Part shown: one piece after another, positions 1 to 13,800 of the stretch
Position numbering within the stretch: the stretch's first letter is position 1
Layout of the letters: every line of letters begins with the position of its first letter
Source: Octopus vulgaris
Taxonomy: Eukaryota
NCBI GenBank assembly: GCA_951406725.2
Contig: OX597818.1
Location: 26,598,001 to 26,662,000, forward strand
Length of the DNA stretch: 64,000 nt
Reading direction: 5' to 3'
The notes under the pieces: model-generated
What the model was told of the DNA's origin: nothing
Seen by the model: the letters and a program-made list of their open reading frames with translations, nothing else
The model's database searches: none
Program-made: the position numbers and the translations under genes

Positions 1-78
1 ACATGTTTATGACTATGACACAATGTAAAGCAAGAAGTCAAAATCACACACACATACCTATGCATACACATATGCATA

Positions 79-470
79 GGCGCAGGAGTGGCTGTGTGGT
101 AAGTAGCTTGCTTACCAACCACATGGTTCCGGGTTCAGTCTCACTGCGTGGCACTTTGGGCAAGTGTCTTCTACTATAGCCTCGGGCCGACCAAAGCCTT
201 GTGAGTGGATTTGGTAGACGGAAACTGAAAGAAGCCTGTCGTATATATGTATGTGTGTGTCTGTATGTTTGTGTCTGTGTTTGTCCCCCACCCCACCATT
301 GCTTGACAACCGATGTTGGTGTGTTCATGTCCCCGTAAGTTAGCGGTTCGGCAAAACAGACCAATAGAATAAGTACCAGACTTACAAAGAATAAGCCCTG
401 GGGCCGATTTGTTCGACTAAAGGCGGTGCTCCAGCATGGCCGCAGTCAAATGACTGAAATAAATAAAAGA
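79..470 (+). mobile_element. Full-length tRNA-derived SINE (dominant family, CORE-like body)
   Basis: A box TGGCTGTGTGG, B-box-like GGTTCAGTC, TTGGGCAAGTG core, internal microsatellite, tail ...AAATGACTGAAA...AAAAGA. About 20 full or partial copies occur in the window. Confidence 0.9.
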
Positions 471-1572
471 AAAAAAATATATATATATATATATATTCAC
501 ACACATATACATGTGTGTGTGTGTGTGTGTGTGTGTATGCATGTATGTATAAATGTATATATGTATATATATGACAGGTTTCTTTCAGGTTCCACCTGCC
601 ATATCCACTCATAAGGTTTTAATTAGCATGAGGCTATAGTTGAAGATGCTCACCCAAGGTGCCACACAATGGGACTGAACCTGGATCTATATAGTTGAAA
701 AGTAAACTTCTTAACCACACAGGCATGTCTGTATCTCAGTATTAATGTATTTTTGGTGTCGTTCTTGTCCAGAGAAATTAAGTTTTTGCTATGTTGATTA
801 AATTTAATTTTAGCCTTGTGGTTTTAAAAATATATGGTTGGGAATGATGCCAAGAGATATGTGTAGATATAGAAGCAATATCAATGAAAAACCATATATA
901 TGTGTTTATCTGTATAAACTCCATTTGAATGTACACATATAAACACACCAGTCACATGTGTATACCTGTTGATTATGTGTGTATGTGTATCTGTGTGTGT
1001 GTGTGTGCGTGTGCGTGCTTGTAGTTGTAGTAATATTTATAGTCTGGGTATTCTATGAAAAGCATTTAACTAAAATCAGTGCTGTTTATTGACATTCCCT
1101 CTCAACAAAATTACTCTTTGGCATTTCACTTTGAGAAATGTGTGTAATGAATAAAAAAAAAATTCCTTTACTTGAAAAACATGGAAGGGCTAGAAACAGG
1201 AAGGACATCAGACTGTAAAACAATTGGCTCAATATGTATTCATCCAGCTCATGTTAGCATGGAAAAATGAATATAAAATGGAGAACAGACAAACGTATGT
1301 TTGTATATATATGTGTGTGTCTGTGTAAAATATCATCATCATCATCAATATTTAATATCCATTTTCCATGCTGGCATAGACAGGAACTGTCTATATCTTG
1401 ACAAGAACTGGCAGGCCAGGGGCCACACTAGGCTCAATAGTCTGTTTTGGCTTGGTTTCTATGGGTGGATGCCCTTCCTAATGCTAACCGCTTTACAGTG
1501 TACTGGTTGCTTTTTACATATGTGTGTGTGTCTTTGTATAAATGTATATACGTGTATAAGTGTGTATGTATG

Positions 1573-1822
1573 TCAATGCTGTGTATGCCATAAGGTCTAC
1601 AAATCTAACAGAGGCCTCAAAAGACATTTTAAGATCCACAAAGATCAGAACTTAACTGTAGCTCTTGGTGGCCTAAATCAGATATGCAATCTATGTAGGT
1701 ATCTTTTCAGAACATTCTCTGGTTTAAAAGGCCACATCAGATGCCATGATAGATCTAAGGTGCAAGTACAAGAGGTTGTTAGACTCTGCATAAGGAGTAG
1801 ACAACCACCATGTATGTATGTA
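1573..1822 (+). mobile_element. Fragment with two C2H2 zinc fingers, probably the 3' end of an RTE-type LINE
   Basis: CCVCHKVYKSNRGLKRHFKIH and ICNLCRYLFRTFSGLKGHIRCH, followed by a short tail and (ATGT)n. Flanked by microsatellites. Confidence 0.55.
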
Positions 1823-2223
1823 TCTTTCATCTTTTACTTGTTTCAGTAATTAGACTATGTTGGGACATAGCCTTGCAATATGTAACCTGAACAAGTTAAT
1901 CCAGTACTTGTTATTTTTTTTTAAGCCTGGTACTTATTCTATTGGTCTCTCTGCTGAACTGCTAAGTTACAGGGATGTAAACACTCCAACATAGGTTGTC
2001 AAGCAGTTGTGGGGTACAAAAACATGCACACACATGCATTTTGATGGGCATCTTTCAGTTTCCCTCTTCCAAATCCCCTCATAAGTACAACCTTGGTCAA
2101 CCCAAGGTTGTACTAGAAGACACTTGCAAAAAGTTCCACACACTGTGGGACTAAACCTGGAACCATGTGGTCAGGAAGCAAACTTCTTACCACACTATGT
2201 CTATGTAAATATGTATATATATG

Positions 2224-2571
2224 CAGAAGAAGCGCTTCAAGGACAGTCTCAAGGTCTCTCTCAAAGACTTCTCCATCGGCACAGAGACCTGGGAGACACT
2301 TGCTGCCGACAGCTCATCCTGGCGCAGCGCAATCACCACAGGAGCAGGGACAGCCGAGGTGGGACGGATTCGGTCAGCAGAGCAGAAACGCCAGATGCGG
2401 AAAGCCAGAGCCGCCTGCACCAGTAGCACGGCCCCTACCCACTTCTGCCCCACCTGTGGGAGGGGCTTCCTTCCCCGGATTGGTCTCACCAGCCACCTCC
2501 GGTCTCATGGCGGCAGTTCCACCAGATGATGTCAGTGGTCATCTTCGAACCCGAAGGACGAACATTATTAT
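2224..2571 (+). mobile_element. Short 3' fragment of a BovB-like RTE LINE with C-terminal C2H2 finger
   Basis: QKKRFKDSLK...WETLAAD...W...CPTCGRGFLPRIGLTSHLRSH. GC-rich against the background, (ATT)n tail, candidate TSD TATATATGCA at 2216-2225 and 2572-2581. Confidence 0.85.
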
Positions 2572-3646
2572 TATATATGCACACACTCATAACTGCCTAT
2601 AAAATTTATCTAAGTGGAGAAGGAAACAAAAACATGCACTTCTTTTGTGTGGTTCATTGTTGTCTCTCGTATTTATACTGAGATTGGGTTTGTATTCTTG
2701 TATGCAACCTTATTCAGTTACTTGTCTTAGCATTTGGATCAGAGATGTGAAGATAGGATATCCATGTTGATTCCATTGACTAAACCATTGTATTTATTTT
2801 ACACATGTTAGGAAAAATGAAAGCGTACTTCTTTTTAATATAGCATTTCCAATGCTTACTGAAATTTTAACCAATATTCTTCAGCTGTCTCTCTTATGTA
2901 AGTTTCACATAGGTTTGTGCATGATCTTTCTTGGCACCCTATATGGTGTACTTTATTTTTTATATTTCTGTTTATATATGGATTTGTGGCACATGTTTTG
3001 TAACCATTTTTACTTGTGTCATTGTTACACTTATAGATCATTGACTTAAAATATTTATCTTCTAATTTTTCTTTTTTCTTTTTTACCAACATAGCAAAGT
3101 TTTAACCAATTACTAATGACTTTGCCATGAATTTTATATTAATGATTATAGAGTATAGAATAGCTCTGTTGCTGGTTAAACTCTCTTATGGTGCCTAGAG
3201 GAGTATTTAGCAGTGACATTTTATAATCTCTTGGATGGAATTTGTTGTGTGTTGTATAGTACACACTGTCAGCAGGATGAAAACGTACATATTTTGCTCT
3301 TGACTTTGATTTTGAAGTTAATACCAATGTTAGTTTCATTAACATACAGTGCCAATTTTTGTCTAAATTGCCTATCCTACCACACCATAAGTAAATTAGT
3401 AATGTCTCCAGCATTTTGGTACCAGGTGTGAATCATCATGATAATGGTAACACTTTTCCAATATCCAGGTGACTTCCAACCTTCCATGTCAGCTAACTTT
3501 TTCTCAACTACAAATTTAATCTTTATGCTCTCCGATGCCGTTGGCTGTTCACCAATTCATCAAGCTGTTCCTGAAAAAAAATATAAGAGACATACACAGT
3601 CATCAAGTTTAGCTGAATACTCTGCATATATATTTATATATATATG

Positions 3647-3660
<14 letters not shown>

Positions 3661-3680
<20 letters not shown>

Positions 3681-3976
3681 AGCATACATAATCTGATGAA
3701 GGCAAGCCAGTTGAAACTTTGAAGTCTATCAATATTTTCCTTGTAAAATTAATAAATATTCATACACACACACATGCCTACCTATATATATATATATATA
3801 GGTAGGTATATATATATATATATAGGTAGGCATATATATATATATATATATATATAGGTAGGCATGTGTGTGTATGAATATTTATTAATTTTACAAGGAA
3901 AATATTGACAGACTTCAAAGTTTCAACTGGCTTGCCTTCATCAGATTGTGTATGCTTGTGTGTGTGTATAAATATA
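3661..3976. repeat. Palindrome centred on (TA)n/GGTAGG repeats
   Basis: AAGCATACATAATCTGATGAAGGCAAGCCAGTTGAAACTTTGAAGTC...CATGCCTACC is mirrored on the right with two substitutions. Confidence 0.93.
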
Positions 3977-4847
3977 CTAGCTGAAGTACCCAGTAATACT
4001 TGAGAGCAGGGATATTCCCAGTACCCATTACAATGCCTAATTTCTCTCAAACGTAAAATGAAATCAATACATAGGACAGATAATAGAAGGCGTAAGCAAA
4101 TTCATTCATGAAACAATAATACAAATAAATATGTATGGAATTGGAAAATGACAATTGTTTGGTCAGATGAGTGGAAAGCTGCAAATATATAATCAATGGA
4201 AACACCAAGAAGGGAACTGTAAAGGAGTACTATGAAAAAAAGAACATAAAAGTTTGAAAAGTAAACAAAAAATTATTTGGAGAAAAGGCACTTAATTTGA
4301 TGACTGTGTTTCATGGGTATAGTTCCACTGATCGTGAGAATCAAATATTGATTGCAACGGTTAGAGCCAACAATTTTAAATGCAGGTGTTAAGAAAATAC
4401 TTGTTCCATGTTTTAGCATACAATGCTGCAACGTTTAGAATGCAGGTGTTAACAAAATTCCTGTTACAGCAACCTGAAAATGCTGAAATAAGTGAACATT
4501 TTAACCCCACAACAATTTAGGCCAAATTTCGTTAATCAAAAATCACCTTGTGCTTTGCTTGAGTGGCCTAGGTAAAAATTTGTCTCAACCCATCCATAGC
4601 ATATATTCCATGTGTGTATAAAATTTCAAGAAAATCAGTTGAAAACTTTAAAAGTCGTGGCAGAAAATTACATTCATATGAGAATTTGCATTGAAATGTC
4701 CTACTGATTTTTGAAAAATCGATGCTGATTAAAAATTATCGATTTTTTTTAAATATCAAGTCCAAAAGTGACTGCATGATACACGTTTCAAGTTTCATCA
4801 AGATTGGTTGGATAGTCTTGGAGGAGTCAAAGTAACAAATTCACAAA

Positions 4848-4879
<32 letters not shown>

Positions 4880-5740
4880 ACACAATGGTGGATAAGCAGT
4901 CCTGGCTTTCTTAAGTAAGTTGAGGCCCACATGAGAATATCCCTTGTCTTAAAAGACCTTCTATAAGAGTTAAGGTTCATGTAAGTAACTTAATGCAAAT
5001 CTGAACTCCAAAAGTATTTGCAAGTTAAGAGGGGGTATACTGATAAGTCAAACCTTGCATATAAGTAGTAGTTTGTATAAATGTTGTTTGATTGTCAGTA
5101 TATCTATGGTTATGCATGAAATGCTTGAGAAATAAAATGCACTTACCTATTTAAAACCTAGAACATTGGGGAATTAAATCAACGAATTGAAATAATAAAT
5201 TTTAGCAAATGAAAACAATTCGTATTGAAATGCAGAATTAGCAAATGCTAATAAGATTACCATTAATAGGATGTCTGTTTATACCTCTGAAACATTCTTT
5301 GTTGAATTTCAGCATTTTTCGTCAAATTGGAATCTATATTAATGGTTAGGACCAATTTGATGAAAAATGACCAGAGTCTGGTAGCGAACCCATGTTGTCG
5401 TCATTTTTGTGTATGTGTATAAATATTTTTATATGTCTCAACCCATCCTTAGTGCATATTCCATCTGTGTATAAAATTTCAAGAAAATTGGTTAAAAACT
5501 TTAAAAGTTATGGTAGATTATAACATTCATATGAGAATTTACATTGAAATATCCTACTGATTTTTGAAAAATCGATGTTGATAAAAAGTATCGATTTTTT
5601 GAAATTCCAAGTGCGTAAGTGATCGCATAGGCATAAGCCCCACATACATGTCAAGTTTCGTCAAGATTGGTTGGATAGTCTTGGAGGAGTTAAAGTAACA
5701 AATTCACCAACAGATAGAAATTGCCATTTATGTATATAGA
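3977..5740 (-). mobile_element. Non-autonomous Helitron-like element
   Basis: The minus strand begins A|TCTATATAC and ends TCAGCTAG|T, i.e. TC...CTAG between A and T. Internal ~260-bp direct repeat at ~4580-4845 and ~5434-5706. Confidence 0.65.
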
Positions 5741-8167
5741 TATATCAAAGAGAGGAATGGATAAGTGCAGTTAAGTATTCTGAGTGTTTTCAAAGTAGAA
5801 AACATTCATATTATGATTATTAAATACATCATAATATAAGCTGTAATTTGCCTTGTTTTCAGGTGCAAACTGTTAGGTATCAAACTTTATGCCACAATGA
5901 TCATCAAATTGTTATGAGAAAGAAGAAGAAAAAAAAACACATTGAGATATTCAGAAGGGGAGCAGTAACCAGTTTTAGCAAATAGCCAATAGTGTGCCTT
6001 CTTCATAGTCTACACAACAAACATAGAAGCAGATTATATGTATATTTGTCATCTTATCAGGATTACTCCATTAATTTTGATATGAAACCAACTGTATCTG
6101 ATACATTGATTAATGAATTTTATTGATTGATTATTTGTTCCTTCGAGTATCCTATACAAGGTGCTAGATGTTAACAAGCCATTGACCATGATTGACTGGA
6201 TCTTATTGAACATATATTTATATTTATATGTATGTAGTCTAAAAGAAAAAGCAGAAACATTTTTGGCATTTCAATAATAATAATAATATAATCAATTACC
6301 TATCACTTCTTTACATGACATATCAAAATATATTTCAGTATCTATCAAAATATAATGTTTTGATAACTAGATTGTGATATATTAAAATATATTGTGATAT
6401 GTTATCTGAAGATGTGAGAAGTAATTACTGAAAGCATATGTAATGAAGTATCTGAAGTATCAATGATTTGTTTTGTTCGTTGTTTTTCTTCAATAAATTT
6501 AGTTCTTGTTACCATACGATAGCCCAAATTCATATTGATACTCCATTGACAGCATTATACTCTGATATGGAAATTTAACATAGCAGAAAAATCAGGCCCC
6601 AGATTTTTATGGTAATTCGTCACACATTCAGTACATCAGTAACTATAAAAGTGCGTGTGTGCGTGGGTACAAACATACATGTACTGATGTGTGTGTGTGT
6701 GTGTGTAGATAGACAGTGAAAGTAGCCATGCATAGACATGTGTGTGTGAGTATATATAAAATGGCTCTACACATATACCACACATCCAGTCTATTCTGTG
6801 AAGCTTCAAAAGTACGAAAGTGTATTCATTCTTTCTGTTCTGAATTGAAATTGATATTAAATTGTAACAGATTTGCAGGTTCTCTTTTCTGTGTTTTTTT
6901 AATTCTTTTTTGGTTTTAAATTTTATATTAGCTCTACAAATGTGGACAAATTTCTTATTTATTTATTTGCTTATTTTTCCTTTCTCTGTTATACAGTGAA
7001 TTTTTTTTTTTATTATGAAATTTTTGTTATGTTACTGATATACTTAATTTGTTCTATGTTAGCCAATTTCCTGACTTGCCCATCAAATTTCACTTGATGG
7101 ATATTTATTTAACTCATACAGAAGTGAGTAAATGAATAACGTGAATAAATGAATAAATACTTTCTTCATTCTACTGCATACATCAAAAATGCTACTCCTA
7201 ATGTTTATTTGCTACATAAATAGGCGGACCATATTTTGGGAAGTGTGAGTGATTGTAAAAGTCAATTGAATCTGTTGTAACAACTTTTATTGGTAATCAG
7301 AATATCATTGGTATTTGGCATGATTGGTGGAACAGTAAACAAATTACTTAAGATTATTATTTTATGTCCCCTTACTTTCTGTTTTCTGACAAACAGAGAC
7401 TGCAGCTACATGAGCCATTAGAGTATGGGATTACTTTTTTTATGATATTCCAAATTTTGTTTCAAATTTTATATTAACTCTACAAATGTTGACAAATTTT
7501 TCTTTTTTTTTTTATTTATTTGCTTATTTTTCCTTGCTCTGTTATACAGTGAGTTTTTTTCTTCTTGTATCTAAGCTTCCAAATAAAGCCAGACAGAGTA
7601 GTGAAGTTTATTCTGTTTCTACATCCTAAAAGATGCAAATGTTAAGCCCCATATAATTTCTTGGATACTATTAAATATGATGATTGTCATTCTACATACC
7701 ACTGCTATGGAAAGACAGAATTTCCTCAGTAGAAAGGTGGCTTGATATTGTCAGTTGCAGGTAAATTCTGGATGTGGACTGTGGATGTATGTTTTCAACT
7801 GCAGTGTTTGATGCTAGAAGTGGTATTGTCGAGGCAGGGTTAACTCACTTCAATGCTGTACATTAAATAGCTTATGGTATAAGTGTTTATCATCATTATT
7901 GTTTTAACATCCACTTTTCTCTCCTTACATGGGTCAGACAAAACTTGGTGAGGCAAATTTTCTACAACCTGGTACTCTACATGTTGCCAACCCTCACTCC
8001 ACTTGTTAATTGAACAAAGAACAACCCAATGACCAAGCCTGGTTTCATGGAAAATTGTAAACAAATGATACCAGTTATATGAATGGTGTCTTTGTTTACA
8101 ATCAGCCTATTTAACTACAAGGAAAAGACACAAACATATACTCACACACATTCTCTCTCTCTCTCTC

Positions 8168-8209
<42 letters not shown>

Positions 8210-10409
8210 TTATAGTTTTTTTCTACAATTCACTCAGAAGGCATTTATCTGTCTGGAGTTGTAGCAGAGGACACTTATCCAAGGGGCCACATAGTGGGAC
8301 TGAACCCTAGATCACTTGTTCACAAAGTAAATTTTTAACCACACAATAGACATGATTGTGTGTGTGTGGCAGGAGTATGTTGTATTTTTCTGGAGGAAAG
8401 GTTGTAATAACTTAGATCAATCTAGTTGATTACATTTGTCCATGCAGGATTTTGATTTTGTATGTCAAAATATTCTTTTCTACTCTAGGCACAAGGCCTG
8501 AAATTTTGGGGGATGGGGCCAGTCAATTAGATCAACCCCAGTATGCAACTGGTACTTAATTTAAACTCAGAACGTTAAAAACAGATGACATACCACTAAG
8601 CATTTCACCCAGCGTACTAACGTTTCTGCCAGCTCGCCCCCCTTTTTGTATGTTAAAATATTGTGTATTTAATGTTGAACTATACTGTCTTGATCATCTT
8701 TACAACTTTAGCTTCAGTGCACTTCTGATGTGTATGTGTAAAACAAAATGCATCTAATAATTGTCATTTAGTCCCAGAGCCCAGAGTCAGTAGAACTTTG
8801 ATCAAATGCATTCCAAATGTAACCATTCCTTTTTTTTCTTTTCTTTTCTTTTTATCAAAGATTTCATGATGCAATGTCTCCTTTCCTTTTCTTAAAAGGA
8901 GATTTGGCTGTTATTTCTTGCAGATTAAGCAATGACATTGAAACTCACTCATTAGCTTATATATCTAATAGAATTTAAATAAAGAATTTCATTGAGTATT
9001 TCACTTTAAAAAAAACCAACATTCTATTTATTGAAATTCCTCTATAAAAATCTGCATGAGAAAAATTGTAACATTTTTCTCTTTGTTTCACACTGAATTG
9101 AGAAGTAAGCTTTACATACCTAACAATTTTCAAAACCTTATATTCATACCATAAACTACATGAACCATATAACATCGCACCAATAACAGCAAAATGTTGC
9201 ACATACAAAACTGCAACATCATCAGCAACTTTACATTTATTACTGAAAGCAGATATGTTTATATCCTGACATGACTTCCTATGAATTTGTCATCTTGTCT
9301 CTAGTGAGGATACATTGGAAAGTTTTCTTCATTATCTTCTCTAAGTGGGTAGCTTGAAGTTTTGTTAGTGCTGAGAAATACAAGGTCTGACATTCGTATT
9401 TTTTTCAAGGATGTTGTTATATGAATGACATGAAATAAGTGAAATTATTAGAAACTACAACCATGGAAACCAGTTTAAGAACTTTCGCTTTCTGGACGAT
9501 TATCTCTTGTTTTCTATTCTATAACACTATAAAGTTATACCATAAAGTTCAGAAGAACATGTCAGCTATAATATATCAGCTGAAAATAGTTCTAAATTAT
9601 AAAAAATATTTACTAGATCATTTTTACTATATTCCAAAATAAAAGTAACTCTTTTCTATTCCTTGCTGCAATGACAATATATGTCACCAGCTGTTGTGTC
9701 TTCATCAATGTAATACCACCACCACCAACAACAACAACCATTATCATCTGTCTCTTATTACTATTGATATTGGTTCTTCTTACCAATATGAATTCACTCA
9801 CTCACTTTCTCTTGCTCTTTCTCTCTCTTTTTCTCATCTTTTCTTTTCTTTGAGCTGTTGCCTGCTAATAAACCAATGTTGTGGGTGTTATTTGCTGTTC
9901 TATGTCACAGCTGTTCAATGATATTTCTATCCCCATCCACTCTCTCACTAGATTTGTTCATCTTGCATATCTCATTCCATTTCATTCATATTCTTCATAA
10001 ACACTTAAAAGAACAAAGACACATTATTTTTTTGTAAACATAGTAACACACATCTATTATGAGGTGTTTTCTTTTATTACTCATGTTTCATTAAAGAGTA
10101 CATCATGCTGTACACATTCCTGTTTCACATGTTTTTATACACATGTGTATTTGTATTAATCAATACTAATAGGTATGTATGGTGTGTTAGTTATGCTGTA
10201 TGCATAGCAACAAGCCTGTAGCTAGAAGATAACATGTCCAGATATCTGGCAGATCCACAACTATGCAAAAGTTTGGTTGTGTACATGGCTAGCCTAAATC
10301 GGAAAACATTGTTTCTAACAGATCTATTGACCATGTAGTGATTTCTTTGTTGGCTTACTATAATATTTGAACCATCAGTGATACTTTGCTCCTTATACAC
10401 AGTCAGATG

Positions 10410-10850
10410 TATTGAGCTAGGTACCTTACTAGGATGCAGGGTGGTTGGTTGCCTAAGCAGTTGTTTTATGAGGGGGTCACAACATGGTAAAAGGCAGACA
10501 TGAACCTAAGAAACATTTTAGGGATGCTGACAAAAATAACCTTAAGGCTTTTTGCGTGGATGTTGAAGATTGGGAGAAAATGACAGAAAAATCAATCAGT
10601 TTGGAAAGAAGTGGTCTACAATGGTTGTTAAGCATTTCAAAATGCAGAGAATCAAATGCTCCATCCTGAAATGAGCACTTTGTAGACAGGACTCCACTTC
10701 AATCCCAGACACTTTTCTACCTGAAAATGTTTGTAAAATCTGCAGTTGGGTCTATTTCTCAAGAGCTGGGCTTGCTAACCATTTGTGACCTCATGACAGC
10801 ATTTACTAATTGAAGAGATGACCTTCTTTCATAGATGGCAATCATCATGT
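10410..10850 (+). pseudogene. Decayed BovB-like RTE 3' fragment
   Basis: LPKQLFYE, PKKHFRDADKNNLKAFCVDVEDWEKM, terminal CKIC...GLANHL finger remnant. Confidence 0.7.
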
Positions 10851-13800
10851 GTGTCTGTGTGTGTGTGAATTATTGAGTGTATTCTGTTACATTACTTGGC
10901 ATTCTGATTTCAAATCCTATTGAAGATGCCTTTGCTTCCATCCTTCTAGGATCAATGAAATAAGTAATGGTCATAGAACTGGAATTTGGTATAATTAACT
11001 ATACTGTGTCACGTAAAATATGTGGTTCTATTGCCTGAGTTAGGAACCATTTCTATAAAATTTAGTCAATATTGAATCAGATTTTTCAAAATAACATATT
11101 TTAACCTATTTCACTTTAAAAACTAATTTGTCTGAGAAGATATGGCTGGATTTTCAAATAGTGGTTACTTTCTTAGAAACAAGAACGGTCTTTGCCAGGG
11201 AGAAAAACCACAAACTGAATTCACCCATGTATATTACTATTATGAAGTTTATTGAACCCTGAAATCTGGTTAGTGTGACCCATGACACAATACAGCAGAG
11301 CATCTAGGCCTGTTCTCTTGTATATAACTACATCTCCTGCCCTTTCAAATTTAATATTAATACCCTTTCAATCAATTCTCCCAGTTAAGTCTAGGAACTT
11401 TACTAAGTGAACCCTCAGCATACTAAATATAGTAAATAGATTGAAAATTAATAGATTTACTACATACATCTATGTTTATGTATGTGTATTGCAAATTTTC
11501 TTAAATCTCTGTAATTGTAGTTTCTTTCATTGCAAACTTCTTAAGCTGATCTTTGCCATAAATGCATGGAAATGTTGTACGCCATTGCAATTACAACAAT
11601 TAGTTTCAGGTATATACAATGCAGCATTTAAGTTTGCTCCTGCTCAGCATGAGATCAACTAACTCTAAACCAAAGCTGTTAACAAGTTCTATCCATTACA
11701 TTTCTATATCAAGGTGTGAATTTGTTTTTCTTTTGTTTCTTTCTTTTAATCCTTTTTTTCCAGTTATAGTCTTATAGGCTATCCACTTGAAATTAGACCT
11801 ACTACTTCAATTTTTTTCTTTTGTTTTTTTTTTCTTTTTGTTTTTATTAAATTTCAGCCTTTTACATGCTAACATAGAAGTGAAAGTTAAAATAATTGAA
11901 TGAATTGAAGGAACCATTATTTAGCATGCTTCTTCTGTTTTCTTGTACCAACTTATTAGAATTAGTTATTTTTCAGCAATTAATGTACTTCAATTAAGAG
12001 CATTATAATTGAAGTGAATTGTTATGATGTTCACTTTAAAAGGCAAAATTTTGAGTTCAGATAGTCACTACCAAAGTACAGTGAGCAATATCCTTGTTGT
12101 ATACTGGGAGGTATAATAGTTATACACTTTTCATTTATTCTCTGCTTCCCCTTCTCTTCATAAAACTGTTCATCATATTGAACAGTTTTATTCTCTGTAT
12201 GCATTTTTACCACTGTATAAGCATTATACATCATTGGCACACAAAGCAGTGTTTTGAAATAAACAAAATTTTAGATCAGTTCAAATATATTTGGGACATA
12301 TAACCTGTAAAAAGGCTTTTTTCACTGTAGTTTGCTATGGAGAAAAATCCTCACTTCAGGCAAAAGATGCAAAACACCAAAGTCATTTCAGAGCACCTCC
12401 TATGGACCACTATATGCATTTCAAGCTCTTCATGCTCTCACCAAGCAGAACAATGCACAAATAACTGGAAGCTTTCCCTTCCTTATAAGAAATCAGTAGA
12501 AATCATTCAGTAACTGAGAGCTGTGGCCACCACTCTGGATCAAAATTCATGATTGACACACAAAGACGGTAGGGTGTGATATGAAGGATATATGGCTGCT
12601 GTTTCTACCAGGTTGAATGACCACATATTTTTCTGCAGGTATGATAATGTGTTTAGTAAAAGAGCAATGAGCAGTAATGTCAAGATACCAATTTAAGTGA
12701 TGTGTGTGTGCGTGTGTGTGTATGTGTGTGTGTGTGTGCGCGCGCACGCATGCACGTGTGTGTGTTGAAATTTATTTAAAGTTAGCTGGCTTCTCACAAA
12801 GTAACAAATCTTCATGTTTCAACCAAGACATTCTTAGACATATTTGCATATCTTAGTACATGTGTACGTGTTTTTGTACATGTGTGTATGTAAGCTTTCA
12901 CCCTTGTAATTTGTAAAACACTTGAATTCTGAAGTAATCACAAACAACTACTTTTCAATGGTGCATCCTCAGATTTACTAACTTGTTTTTGTAAAATAAA
13001 CACTTTGTCATATATTTTGCTTAGAAGTCTTGACTTGCAAATATAATTAATAGCAAGTTATACATTGTCCGTTTTATGATGTACAACCATTTTACAATAT
13101 ATTCTTCACAAAGAGTGTGCTAACACGGCCAGACAGGACAAACTGGTATGCTGGAAGAAAAAGTTAGAAAGTCCCTGTTCTTGTGTATATGAGTATGAAC
13201 ATGTGTATGTATGCATATAAAAAGTGTGTATGTGTGTGTGTGTTCAGACATGGCTGTGTGGTTAAGAAGATTGCCTTGCAATCATATGGTTTCATATGAC
13301 TGTATGGCACTTTGGGCAAGTGTCTTCTCATACAACCTTTGTCAACCAATGCCTGGTAAGTGAAATTTGGTTGGTGGAAGCTCTACAACAACGCATGCAC
13401 ATGTGTGTGCTCATGTTTGTGTATGTATGTGTGTGTGTGTTTCATCATCATCATCATCATCATAACATCATTATCATGTAACATGTCATCTCTGCGCAAC
13501 ATGGGTTAGACACCACAACAGGGTCTGAAGGGTGAGAGGCTGCATCAAGCTCCAGTGTTTGTTTTGGAATGGTTTCTATATCTTGATGCCTTTCCTGATG
13601 CCAATCATTTTGAAGAATGTACATACGTTTGTATGCATGTGTATGTCTCTATGTGTCTTCATATTGACACCACCTGGGCAGCAGTGATGTTTGTATATGT
13701 CATACAGCTTGGCAGTTCAACATGCAAGGACCTTAAAAATGAGTAAAGGCTTGTGTAAGGAAGAGTGTTCAGCTGTGGAAAACTTTTTCAAAAAGTCTGG

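Noticed and set aside
3400-3430. GGT ACC AG|GT as arrestin exon 1 (…GTR)
   Set aside because: An in-frame TAA lies five codons upstream with no ATG, and the donor (GTGTGA) is weak.
7707-7766. ATG GAA AGA CAG... as a first coding exon
   Set aside because: The frame stops before the strong donor, the phase does not fit the 32670 exon and there is no arrestin similarity.
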